From an uncultured Chloroflexia bacterium (lineage in GTDB: Bacteria > Chloroflexota > Limnocylindria > Limnocylindrales > CSP1-4): a stretch of DNA of 64,000 nt. Where the stretch lies: positions 94,554 to 158,553 of the forward strand of contig CAVYBJ010000013.1 of the NCBI GenBank assembly GCA_963766685.1. Direction: 5' to 3'. The notes beneath the pieces were generated by a model. That model was not told the origin of the DNA and ran no database searches. It saw only the letters and a program-made list of their open reading frames with translations. Shown here piece by piece: positions 45,362 to 54,958 of this stretch (position 1 is its first letter; each line of letters opens with the position of its first letter). A program made the position numbers and the translations under genes.

Positions 45362-46558
45362 ATGAGCACCACGCGCCGCATCGGCATCCTCACCGGGGGT
45401 GGCGACGTCCCCGGCCTCAACGCCGCCATCAAGTCGGTCACCTATCGAGCCACGGAGCTGGGCTGGGAGGTCGTGGGCGTCCGGCGGGGCTGGAAGGGCC
45501 TGACCCACCTCCAGCCCGGGGTAGCGGAGTCGGAGGCCGAGTACCTGGTGCCCCTCGACCGGCTCGTCACGCGCACCATCGACCGCACGGGCGGGACCTG
45601 GCTGCACAGCTCGCGCACCAACCCGCGCAAGATGAAGCGCTCCGCGCTCCCGGCGCACGTCTCGGACGCGCAGGCCGAGCAGATGCGCGTGGGCGAGGAC
45701 CGCTACGACATGACCCCGGTCGTGCTCCGCAACATGGAGGCGCTGGGGCTCGACTACCTCATCCCCATCGGCGGCGACGACACGCTGAGCTACTCGCAGA
45801 TCCTGCACGACGCGGGCGCGAACCTCATCGCCATCCCCAAGACCATGGACAACGACGTGCAGGGCACGGAGTACTGCATCGGCTTCTCCACGGCCATCAC
45901 GCGGGCGCGTGACGCCATCAACCGGCAGCGCTCCACGATCGGCTCGCACGAGCGCATCGGCGTCTTCCGCATCTTCGGTCGGGACGCCGGCTTCACGGCC
46001 CTCTACTCCGCCTTCGTGACCTCCGGCCGCTGCCTCATCCCGGAGGCACCGTACGACGTGGAGGCCCTCGCCGCCGTCCTGGCGTCCGACCACGCGACCA
46101 ACCCCAGCCATTACGCCTTCGTCATCACCGCGGAGGGCGCCATCTGGGAGGGCGGCAGCATCGCCGAGGTCGGCGAGGCGGACGCCTTCGGCCATCGCCA
46201 CAAGGCCAACGTGGCAGAGATCCTGGCGGCGGAGATCAAGAGCCGCACGGGCATCGACACCGTCCACTCCGACCTGACCTACGACCTGCGCTCGGGCGAG
46301 CCGGACTCGGTGGACCAGATGGTGGGCATGGTCTTCGGCAACACGGCCGTGGAGCTCGTGGCCGAGGGTCAGCGCGGGCGCATGATGGCCATCCGCGAGG
46401 GCCGCTACTCGCACGCGCCGCTGCCGGATCCGGAGCTGGGCGCCGTCTCGGTGGACGTCGACCTCATGTACGACCGGGCTCGTTTCCGGCCGCGCTACGA
46501 CGGCCTGCTGGGCCGCCCGCTCATGCTGGGCCACGGCGTGGCCCCGCTGACGGAATAG
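45362..46558 (+). CDS. Phosphofructokinase (PfkA family), probably PPi-dependent
   Basis: ILTGGGDVPGLNA, GGTWLHSSRTNP, IGGDDT, IPKTMDND, GFSTA. Confidence 0.9.
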   Translation: MSTTRRIGILTGGGDVPGLNAAIKSVTYRATELGWEVVGVRRGWKGLTHLQPGVAESEAEYLVPLDRLVTRTIDRTGGTWLHSSRTNPRKMKRSALPAHVSDAQAEQMRVGEDRYDMTPVVLRNMEALGLDYLIPIGGDDTLSYSQILHDAGANLIAIPKTMDNDVQGTEYCIGFSTAITRARDAINRQRSTIGSHERIGVFRIFGRDAGFTALYSAFVTSGRCLIPEAPYDVEALAAVLASDHATNPSHYAFVITAEGAIWEGGSIAEVGEADAFGHRHKANVAEILAAEIKSRTGIDTVHSDLTYDLRSGEPDSVDQMVGMVFGNTAVELVAEGQRGRMMAIREGRYSHAPLPDPELGAVSVDVDLMYDRARFRPRYDGLLGRPLMLGHGVAPLTE

Positions 46559-46588
46559 GCAGCCCGGGGCGCACGCGCTGAGGTGGCC

Positions 46589-47604
46589 ATGGACGGCGAC
46601 CTGACCGAGCCGGCGACCGGGTCCGCCTACCTTCGGCGCGTGCTGACCTTCTGGGGGCTGCTGGTCGCCGTCCTGCTCGTGGTGCTCATGACGGCGCTGT
46701 CGGAGCCGTTCGAGCCGGACGGCTTCGGGCCCGGGCAGGACGCCCGGGCCTACTGGGCCGCGCCGCTGGCGCGACCCTACGAGCCCGGCTCGGTCGGACA
46801 CGAGAGCGCCTACCTCTACTCGCCGGCCTTCCTGGTGGCCATGAGCCCGCTGCGAGCCCTGCCCTGGCCGCATCTTCGTGGGGCTCTGGACGGCCATCCT
46901 GCTGGCGGTGCTCTTCTGGCTGACCGGACCGCTTCTCTTCCTGCCCCTCGCGGTGCTGGCCATGCCGGAGATCTGGGGCGGCAACATCACCATCCTCCTG
47001 GCGGCCGCCATCGTCGTCGGGCTGCGGCGCCCGGCCGCCTGGGCCTTCCCGCTGCTCACCAAGGTGACGCCCGGCCTCGGCATCCTGTGGTTCGCGGCGC
47101 GCCGCGAATGGTCCCCGTTCCTGGGGGCGCTGGCAGCGACGGTGGCCGTCATCGCCGTCACGGCCGTCATCACGCCGGGCCTCTGGGCCGACTGGTTCGC
47201 GCTGCTCACGCAGCAGCACCGGCTCGAGCACCGTCCCCGGCTCCATCCCCATCCCGCTGCTCCTGCGCCTGCCGCTGGCGGCCGTGGTCATCGTCTACGC
47301 CGCCCGAACGGGCCAGGCCTGGCTGCTACCGGTCGGCGTCCTGCTGGCCATGCCCGTCATCTGGTGGGGCAGCCTGATCATCCTTGCGGCCGCGGTGGCA
47401 CTCCGCCGCGAGCGCATCGAGGCCCGCTTCGACCGGTTCCTGGCCGGCCTCGAGGCCCGCTACCGCCAGCGCCACCTCGGCGCAGCGAGCCGCGGCATCG
47501 ACGAGCTAGGCGCACCCGTCGCGGACCGGCGAACGCTCCGCGCGGAAGGCCCCACTGACTCGCCGATGAGCCGCGTCGACCGTCCCCACGGAGCTCGACC
47601 TTGA
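46589..47604 (+). CDS. GT87/DUF2029-type membrane glycosyltransferase (frameshifts near 46871 and 47210)
   Basis: Multi-TM; DARAYW, YLYSPAF, GNITILLA, LTKVTP motifs. Confidence 0.75.
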
Positions 47605-48623
47605 GCCAGCGCTTCATCCTGCGCGATCGCCAGGTCCGCGAGGCGGAGGAGGCTGCCGGGCTGGCCCCGGCGGCCCTGCGCTCCGCCCAGTCGCGGGGGC
47701 GCGCGCGCCCTGAGGCACCCGACGCGATGCGGACCATCTTCGAGCGCGACCGCGACCGCATCATGCACAGCAAGGCCTTCCGACGGCTCAAGCACAAGAC
47801 GCAGGTCTTCGTGAACCCCGAGGACGACCACTACGTCACCCGGCTCACGCACACCATCCAGGTGACCCAGATCGCCCGCGGCATCGCCGCCGCCCTGTCG
47901 CTCAACGAGGCCCTCGCGGAGGCCATCGCGCTCGGCCACGACGTCGGCCACTCGCCGTTCGGTCACACTGGCGAGGAGGCCCTCTCGCCCTACTTCCCGA
48001 CCACGGGCGGCTGGCACCATGCCGCCCAGAGCGTCCGTGTCTTCGAGGTGCTGGAGGACCTGAACCTGGCCTGGGAGGTGCGCGACGGCATCCGCGCGCA
48101 CTCCTGGAAGATCGACCCGCCGCCCACGACCCAGGAGGCGCTCTGCGTCCGCTACGCCGATCGCATCGCCTACCTCACCCACGACGCGCTCGATGCCATG
48201 CGCGCCGGCCTCCTGGCCGAGGATGACTTCCCGGCCGCCATGCGGGCCCGCTTCGGGCGGCCTGGCTCCACCTGGATCGGCGGCATGATCGGGGCCGTCG
48301 TCGAGGGCGCCCTGGACCTCGGGGAGGTGCGCATGCACGACGAGGTGCTGGCCGACATGCACGAGCTGCGCGGCTTCATGTTCGAGCGGGTCTACCTGGC
48401 GCCCTCGCAGCGACGACGCCATCGGGCGGCCATCGAGGTCATCCGACGCCTCATGGACCACCACCTGGACCATCCGGAGGACCTGCCGGCCACCTACCGC
48501 GACACCGATGCCGACCGCGTCACGCAGGCCGCCGACTTCATCTCCGGCATGACCGACCGCTATGCCCTGCGCACCCATCGGCGCCTCTTCGGAGAGCGGG
48601 GCCTGGACGACCCGGACCTCTGA
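47601..48623 (+). CDS. dgt: dGTP triphosphohydrolase-like HD protein
   Basis: FERDRDRIMHSKAFRRLKHKTQVF, TRLTHT, GHDVGHSPFGH, DFISGMTDRYA. Confidence 0.92.
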   Translation: MSQRFILRDRQVREAEEAAGLAPAALRSAQSRGRARPEAPDAMRTIFERDRDRIMHSKAFRRLKHKTQVFVNPEDDHYVTRLTHTIQVTQIARGIAAALSLNEALAEAIALGHDVGHSPFGHTGEEALSPYFPTTGGWHHAAQSVRVFEVLEDLNLAWEVRDGIRAHSWKIDPPPTTQEALCVRYADRIAYLTHDALDAMRAGLLAEDDFPAAMRARFGRPGSTWIGGMIGAVVEGALDLGEVRMHDEVLADMHELRGFMFERVYLAPSQRRRHRAAIEVIRRLMDHHLDHPEDLPATYRDTDADRVTQAADFISGMTDRYALRTHRRLFGERGLDDPDL

Positions 48624-48699
48624 CCCGCCTCAGCGTCGGGTGCTGCCGGATGGCACGGGCGCTGCGGCCAGCCCGACCGGCTCCGATCGTCTCCACAGA

Positions 48700-48717
48700 T
48701 AGTTGCGTCTGCAACTA
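48700..48717. promoter_or_regulatory. Palindromic operator upstream of the pirin gene
   Basis: TAGTTGC-GTCT-GCAACTA perfect inverted repeat next to a TGGCACGAT -10-like element. Confidence 0.6.
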
Positions 48718-48758
48718 CTCTGTGGCACGATAGTGGTCCCCACAACGGAGATCCCCCG

Positions 48759-49769
48759 ATGCCAGCCATCACCGTCGCCGACATCACGTCCCTGCCGCGC
48801 CTGCCCCGCCTCGACGCGCTCGCCAGTCGCCCGCGCGCCGTGAAGTCGGTGACGAGCGCACCGAGCGCCTTCGAGGGAGAGGGCTTCCCGGTCCGCCGCG
48901 CCTTCGCGGGCGTCCCGCTCACGGACCTCGACCCCTTCATCCACCTCGACCAGATGGGCGAGGTGGAGTACGCGCCGGGCGAGCCGAAGGGCACACCGTG
49001 GCACCCGCATCGCGGCTTCGAGACCGTCACCTACATGATCGACGGCATCTTCGAGCACAGCGACTCGAACGGCGGCGGCGGCGTCATCACCAACGGCGAC
49101 ACCCAGTGGATGACGGCCGGCGCGGGCATCCTGCACATCGAGAAGCCACCGGAGCACCTCGTCGTGAGCGGTGGGCTCTTCCACGGCTTCCAGCTGTGGG
49201 TCAACCTGCCGCGCTCGCAGAAGTGGGCCGCTCCCCGCTACCAGGACCTGCGCGCCGATGCCGTGGCGCTCGTGGCCTCGCCCGACGGTGGCGCCCTGCT
49301 GCGGATCATCGCCGGCGAGGTCGCCGGCCACCGCGGGCCGGGCTCCACCTACACGCCCATGACCCAGGTCCACGCCACCATCAGCCCGGGGGCGGAGCTG
49401 GTGCTGCCCTGGCGGGCCGACTACAACGGCCTCCTCTACGTGCTCAACGGCGACGGCAGCGTCGGCCCGGAACAGCGACCCATCGGCATGGGGCAACTGG
49501 CGGTGTACGGGCCAGGTGACAGCCTCATCGTGCGGGCCTCGCCGCTCCAGGAGAGCCGCAGCCCGAGCATGGACGTGCTCATCCTGGGCGGGCGGCCCAT
49601 CGGCGAGCCAGTGGCCTGGATGGGTCCCTTCGTCATGAACACGCGTGAGGAGGTCGTGCAGGCCTTCCACGACTACCAGGCCGGCCGGCTGGGTAGCATC
49701 CCGGCCGTCCACGGCACGCCCACGCAGGTCGTCTCGACGGAGGGCGGGCCGGCCGACGCGCTCGCCTGA
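48759..49769 (+). CDS. Pirin-family bicupin
   Basis: DPFIHLD, WHPHRGFETVTY, QWMTAGAGILHIE, QLWVNLP, GPFVMNT. Confidence 0.95.
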   Translation: MPAITVADITSLPRLPRLDALASRPRAVKSVTSAPSAFEGEGFPVRRAFAGVPLTDLDPFIHLDQMGEVEYAPGEPKGTPWHPHRGFETVTYMIDGIFEHSDSNGGGGVITNGDTQWMTAGAGILHIEKPPEHLVVSGGLFHGFQLWVNLPRSQKWAAPRYQDLRADAVALVASPDGGALLRIIAGEVAGHRGPGSTYTPMTQVHATISPGAELVLPWRADYNGLLYVLNGDGSVGPEQRPIGMGQLAVYGPGDSLIVRASPLQESRSPSMDVLILGGRPIGEPVAWMGPFVMNTREEVVQAFHDYQAGRLGSIPAVHGTPTQVVSTEGGPADALA

Positions 49770-49831
49770 CCCGCTGGCCGATGCGGCCGCTATCCTCGGC
49801 CTTCGATGAGCCGATGATGGAGGGGGCCACG

Positions 49832-50677
49832 ATGCGACGCTTCCAGCAGGTCGATGTCTTCTCGCCCGAACCGCTGCGCGGCAACCCGGTGGCCGTGGTC
49901 GTCGATGGCGAGGGGCTCACGGCCGAGCAGATGCTGGCCTTCACGCGCTGGACGAACCTGTCGGAGGCGACCTTCCTGCTGCCGCCCTCGACCCCGTCGG
50001 CCGACTACCGGGTGCGCATCTTCACAGCCGCGAGCGAGCTGCCCTTCGCCGGCCACCCGACGCTGGGCAGCTGCCACGCCTGGCTGCGAGCCGGCGGTCA
50101 GCCGGTCGACCCGGAGCGCATCGTCCAGGAATGCGCCGCCGGGCTGGTGCCGATGCGGCGCGTCGAGGGGCAGCTGGCCTTCCAGGCGCCACCACTGCGT
50201 CGCTTCGGCGCGGTCGCTGAGGCCGACCTCGAACGCGTGGCGAGGGTGCTGCGGATCGGGCGCGACGCCATCGTCGACAGCCAGTGGGTGGACAACGGAC
50301 CGGGCTGGGTGGCCGTCATGCTGGCCTCGGCAGAGGACGTGCTGGCGGTCTCGCCGGCGCTGCCCGACGATGGCGGGCGCGTCGACATCGGCATGGTGGG
50401 CCCCTATCCGCCCGGCTCCCCGTGCGCCTACGAGGTGCGGGCCATCTTCAGCGATGACCAGGGCCGGATCCTCGAGGACCCGGTGACGGGCAGCCTCAAC
50501 GCCTCTCTCGCCCAGTGGCTGATCGGCAGCGAGCGCTTCGAGCCGCCCTACCTCGCCAGCCAGGGGACGCTGCTGGGGCGCACCGGGCGGCCGCGCATCA
50601 GCCGCGACACGGATGGCTCGATCTGGGTCGGCGGGGCGACCCACACGCTGATCGAGGGAGCGATCCGGCTGGGCTGA
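49832..50677 (+). CDS. PhzF-family isomerase
   Basis: QVDVFS..PLRGNPVAVV, NLSEATF, ELPFAGHPTLG, EDPVTGS. Confidence 0.94.
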   Translation: MRRFQQVDVFSPEPLRGNPVAVVVDGEGLTAEQMLAFTRWTNLSEATFLLPPSTPSADYRVRIFTAASELPFAGHPTLGSCHAWLRAGGQPVDPERIVQECAAGLVPMRRVEGQLAFQAPPLRRFGAVAEADLERVARVLRIGRDAIVDSQWVDNGPGWVAVMLASAEDVLAVSPALPDDGGRVDIGMVGPYPPGSPCAYEVRAIFSDDQGRILEDPVTGSLNASLAQWLIGSERFEPPYLASQGTLLGRTGRPRISRDTDGSIWVGGATHTLIEGAIRLG

Positions 50678-50708
50678 TGGGCTGCCAGAGGACGGGCGGA
50701 GCCCGTGC

Positions 50709-52347
50709 TCAGGCGACGCTGAGGGTGACGGAGTGGTAGCCGCGGGCGCCGTCGGGGGCGGGCGGCGTGGAGACGTCGGTCTGGACCTCACCATTGCCGT
50801 CCGTGGCCCGGACGCGGACGGTGTGGGTCCCGGGATCCGTGGCGACCCAGGGCAGCTTCCACTGCACCCAGGTGGCATCGTTGAGCGGCATGGACAGCTC
50901 GGCAGGCTGCCAGTCACCGTCGTCGATGGCGACCTCCACGGCCTGCACGCCGCGGTCCGGTGCCCAGGCCACGCCGGCCAGGGCGACGGTCGCGCCTGGC
51001 TCCAGGGTCGTGCCGCTGCGCGGCACGTCGATGCGCGACTGGGTCAGGATGGGCGCCTCCTTGGCCCATCCGCGGGGGATCCAGTAACCGTCGAACGCCT
51101 CCCACGTGGTGAGCTCGATCTCGCTCAGCCACTTGGTGGCGCTCACGTAGCCGTACAGGCCGGGGATGATGAGACGGGCCGGGTAGCCGTGGTCGACGGG
51201 CAGGGGTTCGCCGTTCATGCCCAGGGCGATCATGGGCCGGCGCTCGGGGTCCATGGCCCAGGCCGTGGGGAAGCCGGCCGTGAAGCCATCCACGGAACGG
51301 CCCACGATCTGGGTCGCCTCCGGCTGGACGCCGGCCATGTCGAGCACGTCACGGAGGTCGACGCCCGTCCACAGGGCATTGCCGATGAGCTTGCCGCCGA
51401 CCTCGTTGGAGACACAGGCGATGGTCACGTACTGTTCCATGAGCGGCATCTGGGAGAGCTGCTCGTAGTCCAGCCGGACCTCGCGGTCCACGAGTCCCCT
51501 GACCGTCAGCTGCCAGTCAGTGACGTCGACCTTGGGCGTCACGAGCGCCGTGTCGATGCGGTAGAAGGACTGGTTGGGGGTCACGATGGGCGTGATGCCC
51601 TCCACGTCCAGGGAGGCGCCGGCGGGCACGGCCGGCTGAGGCCCGCTCGCGGTCGGCAGCGTGGCGCCCTCGACAGCGCCACCGGGGCGGTGATCGAGGA
51701 GGTCGCGGCCGAGCAGACCGAGCACGAGCGACCCGGCGGCCACGCCGCCGCTCACCTGCAGGAAGCGTCGTCGGTCCCAGTCGGGCGTCTCTCGGGCGGC
51801 CAGGCTGCCGCTGCAGTCGATACCACCGGCGGCGACCGGACGCGCCCAGGCGGGGCCGGTGGCACGCAGCATGACGCGCAGCGACCCGAGCGCGGCGGCG
51901 ATGGCGACCGCGACGGTCAGGACGGCCAGGAACGGGTCGGTCAGGGACTGTGCCAGCGCGGCCACGAGGCCCACCGCGCCGGCCACCAGGAAGCCCGCCA
52001 CGGCGATGCCCCAGCGGCGCCGGCCGGCCACGCCCAGGAGCCCAGCCACGACGATGGCAGCCACGATGATGGCGGCGTTGAGGGCCAGCTTGTTGTTGGT
52101 GCCGAAGAGCTCGACCATGAGCTCCTTGGCGCCGGGTGGCTGGTTCTCGATGACGAGGTCGCCGATGGCGATGACGAGCGAAGGCGCACCCGCGACGAGA
52201 CCGGCCAGCAGCTCGGCGATGGCGATGCCCAGTGCGGCGGCCAGCCCACCAGCGACGAAGCCCGCCACGTCCGCGGAGCGCGACGGGTGTCGCCCGGCTG
52301 GCGGGCCCGCCAGCGTCAGGCGTCGGACGGGGGGACGGAGCGTTCAT
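50709..52347 (-). CDS. Membrane-anchored sulfite-oxidase-family molybdoenzyme (likely start 52347, frameshift near 52270)
   Basis: N-terminal TM helices, DRRRFL, FYRIDTAL, VTIACVSN, MNGEPLPVDHGYPARLIIPGLYG, KWL, YWIPRGW. Confidence 0.9.
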
Positions 52348-52414
52348 CGACTCGCCATCCAAGCAGACGTCTGTGACGATGGCAAGACGGTGAGGTGCGG
52401 CATACTCGGCGGTC

Positions 52415-52976
52415 ATGGGTGAGCGGACGGCAGGCGAACTGGAACAGGGCATGGACGACGTCCTCGCGTCGCCCCGCGACGAGGGACCGGTCCGCCTCAT
52501 CGTGCGCCGGACCGGCCGGGGCCAGCGCGAGATCCTCGCGGTCGGCGAGCTGGACCCCGGCGTCGGACTGGTCGGCGACGACTGGGTCAAGCGCCCCAGC
52601 AGGTCCACCGGCCAGCCCAGCCCGTATGCCCAACTGACGGTCATGAACGCACGCTTCGCCGAGCTCATCGCCGAGGACGCGGCGCGCCGCAGCATGGGCG
52701 CAGGCGGGCGACCAGCTCTACGTGGACCTCGACCTCTCGCAGGAGAACCTGCCCGCGGGGACCCGGCTGGCCGTGGGCAGCGCCATCATCGAGATCTCGG
52801 CCGAGCCGCACACCGGTTGCGCCCAGTTCAGCGCCCGCTTCGGGGCGGACGCCATGCGCTTCGCCAACTCCGAGCGGGGACGTGCCCTGCGTCTTCGCGG
52901 CGCCAACGCCGTGGTCGTCCGGCCGGGCGTGGTGCGCATGGGCGACCTGGCGAGGAGGATCCCGGCGGGGGCCTGA
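52415..52976 (+). CDS. MOSC-domain protein (frameshift near 52688)
   Basis: GLVGDDW...QLTVMN...AGDQLYVDLDLSQENLPAGTRL...PHTGCAQFSARFG...RGANA. Confidence 0.85.
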
Positions 52977-53112
52977 CCGCGCTCGCGGGGCGGTGGCATC
53001 GACCACGGTCGCGGTGGACGTTCAGCCGGCCCTTGACACGGTGGCGCACTATCGTGGCATCCCGCCGGGGGGCGGCATGACGTGGTGCGGGAGCGCCCGG
53101 AGGACCCGTTCG

Positions 53113-53508
53113 ATGGCCGACCCCACGCCGATCCTGGCGACCGTCCTTCGTCAGCCCTCGCCCGATGCCGTGTGCACCTGCCGCCACTGGCCCGACTGCG
53201 ACTGCGGCTGCCATAGCCGTCGCTGCGATCCCGGCGAGGACATCTGCGACGTGGAGTTCCTGCCCGACGAGGGTGGCCTGGCCCATTGGGGCTGCACGCG
53301 CTGCACGCCCGGCCAGGAGGCACCGCACGTCCTGGGCTGCGAGCTCATCGGCTGGAACGTGCCGCTCACCCCGCCTCGCCACCAGCCGGGCCACGGGCAC
53401 GCCTGGGGAACGCCACCTCGCCTGAGCCACCCCTCGCCCGCCGCTGGTCGTCGTCGAGGTGGCAACATAGGCCTCCGCCTCGGTGACGCTCGCCGCCTCG
53501 GCGAATGA
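53113..53508 (+). CDS. Small Cys-rich hypothetical protein (true stop may be 53425 if the tail is frameshifted)
   Basis: GGAGG 9 nt before ATG; GC3-rich codons; 10 Cys within about 60 aa. Confidence 0.7.
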   Translation: MADPTPILATVLRQPSPDAVCTCRHWPDCDCGCHSRRCDPGEDICDVEFLPDEGGLAHWGCTRCTPGQEAPHVLGCELIGWNVPLTPPRHQPGHGHAWGTPPRLSHPSPAAGRRRGGNIGLRLGDARRLGE

Positions 53509-53527
53509 GAGGTGATGGGAGGCCGGA

Positions 53528-54844
53528 GTGGACAGGACCAGGGTGCTGATCATGGGGGCCGCGGGTCGCGACTTCCACGACTTCAACGTCGTCTACCGCG
53601 CGGACCCGACGGTGGAGGTGGTGGCCTTCACGGCCACGCAGATCCCGGGCATCGATGCGCGGCGCTACCCGGCGGCCTTGGCAGGCGAGCACTACCCGGG
53701 CGGCATCCCCATCGCCCCGGAGGCCGACCTCGAGCGGATCATCGCCGAGGAGCGGGTCGACGTGGTCGTCTTCTCCTACAGCGACGTCAGCCACGAGACC
53801 GTCATGCACGCGGCCTCGCGCGCGATCGCGTCGGGCGCCGAGTTCCGGCTGCTGGGACCGGCCCGCATGATGCTGCCCTCCAGCCGGCCCGTGGTGGCCG
53901 TCTGTGCCGTGCGCACCGGCGCCGGCAAGAGCCAGACCACGCGGGCCGTGGCAGCGCTGCTGGCGGAGACCGGCCACACCCCGGTCGTCGTGCGTCACCC
54001 CATGCCCTACGGGGACCTCGCCGCCCAGCGCGTCCAGCGCTTCGCCAGCCGCGAGGACCTCGCCCGCCACGAGACCACCATCGAGGAACGCGAGGAGTAC
54101 GAGCCGCACATCGAGGCCGGGCGCGTCGTCTTCGCCGGCGTGGACTACGAGGCCATCCTGCGCGAGGCCGAGCGCGAGGCGGACGTCATCCTCTGGGATG
54201 GTGGCAACAACGACCTGCCCTTCTATCGGCCCGACCTGCACATCGTCGTCGCCGATCCGCTGCGCGCCGGCGACGAACGTCGCTATCACCCGGGCGAGGC
54301 CAACCTGCGCATGGCAGACGTGGTCATCGTCAACAAGGTCGATTCCGCGGACCAGGCCTCGATCGACGCAGTGCTCGGCAGCATCGCCGCACTCAACCCC
54401 ACGGCGGAGGTGCTCACGGCGCGCTCCGACCTGATCCTCGACGGCCCGTCCATCGAGGGCAAGCGCGTCGTCGTCGTGGAGGACGGCCCGACGCTGACCC
54501 ACGGCGGCATGACCTTCGGGGCCGGCGTGGTGGCAGCGCGGCGCTTCGGCGCGGCCGAGCTGATCGACCCGGAGCCCGTCGCGGTGGGCTCCATCAAGGC
54601 GGTCCTGCAGCGATACCCGGACCTGGAGCCGCTGGTGCCAGCCATGGGCTACGGTGAGACGCAGATGCGGGAGCTGAAGGAGACGCTCGAGCGCGTGGAC
54701 GCGGACGTCGTCCTGGTGGCCACGCCCATCGACCTCGGCCGCCTGCTGGAGCTGGACAAGCCGGTGACACGCGTGCGCTACGAGCTGGCCCAGGTCAGCG
54801 GCCGCCCGCTGCGAGAGATCGTGCAGGGTGCGCTGACACGCTGA
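53528..54844 (+). CDS. COG2403 P-loop enzyme (cDPG-synthetase-like; candidate arginine synthetase ArcE)
   Basis: IMGAAGRDFHDFN, AVRTGAGKSQT, RHPMPYG, TIEEREEYE, WDGGNND, VEDGPTLTHGGM. Confidence 0.75.
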   Translation: MDRTRVLIMGAAGRDFHDFNVVYRADPTVEVVAFTATQIPGIDARRYPAALAGEHYPGGIPIAPEADLERIIAEERVDVVVFSYSDVSHETVMHAASRAIASGAEFRLLGPARMMLPSSRPVVAVCAVRTGAGKSQTTRAVAALLAETGHTPVVVRHPMPYGDLAAQRVQRFASREDLARHETTIEEREEYEPHIEAGRVVFAGVDYEAILREAEREADVILWDGGNNDLPFYRPDLHIVVADPLRAGDERRYHPGEANLRMADVVIVNKVDSADQASIDAVLGSIAALNPTAEVLTARSDLILDGPSIEGKRVVVVEDGPTLTHGGMTFGAGVVAARRFGAAELIDPEPVAVGSIKAVLQRYPDLEPLVPAMGYGETQMRELKETLERVDADVVLVATPIDLGRLLELDKPVTRVRYELAQVSGRPLREIVQGALTR

Positions 54845-54900
54845 GACGTGCTGGGGCCCGCTGGCTGGAGCCGGGGGTCTCGGATCGAGGGCGGACAGCG

Positions 54901-54934
54901 GGCCGGGCCCGGGATGGTCGTCCCGGGCCCGGCC
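54901..54934. terminator. Hairpin between convergent genes
   Basis: 14-bp perfect stem GGCCGGGCCCGGGA-TGGTCG-TCCCGGGCCCGGCC. Confidence 0.65.
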
Positions 54935-54958
54935 TGGATGCCAGGTGCTGGCAGGGCG

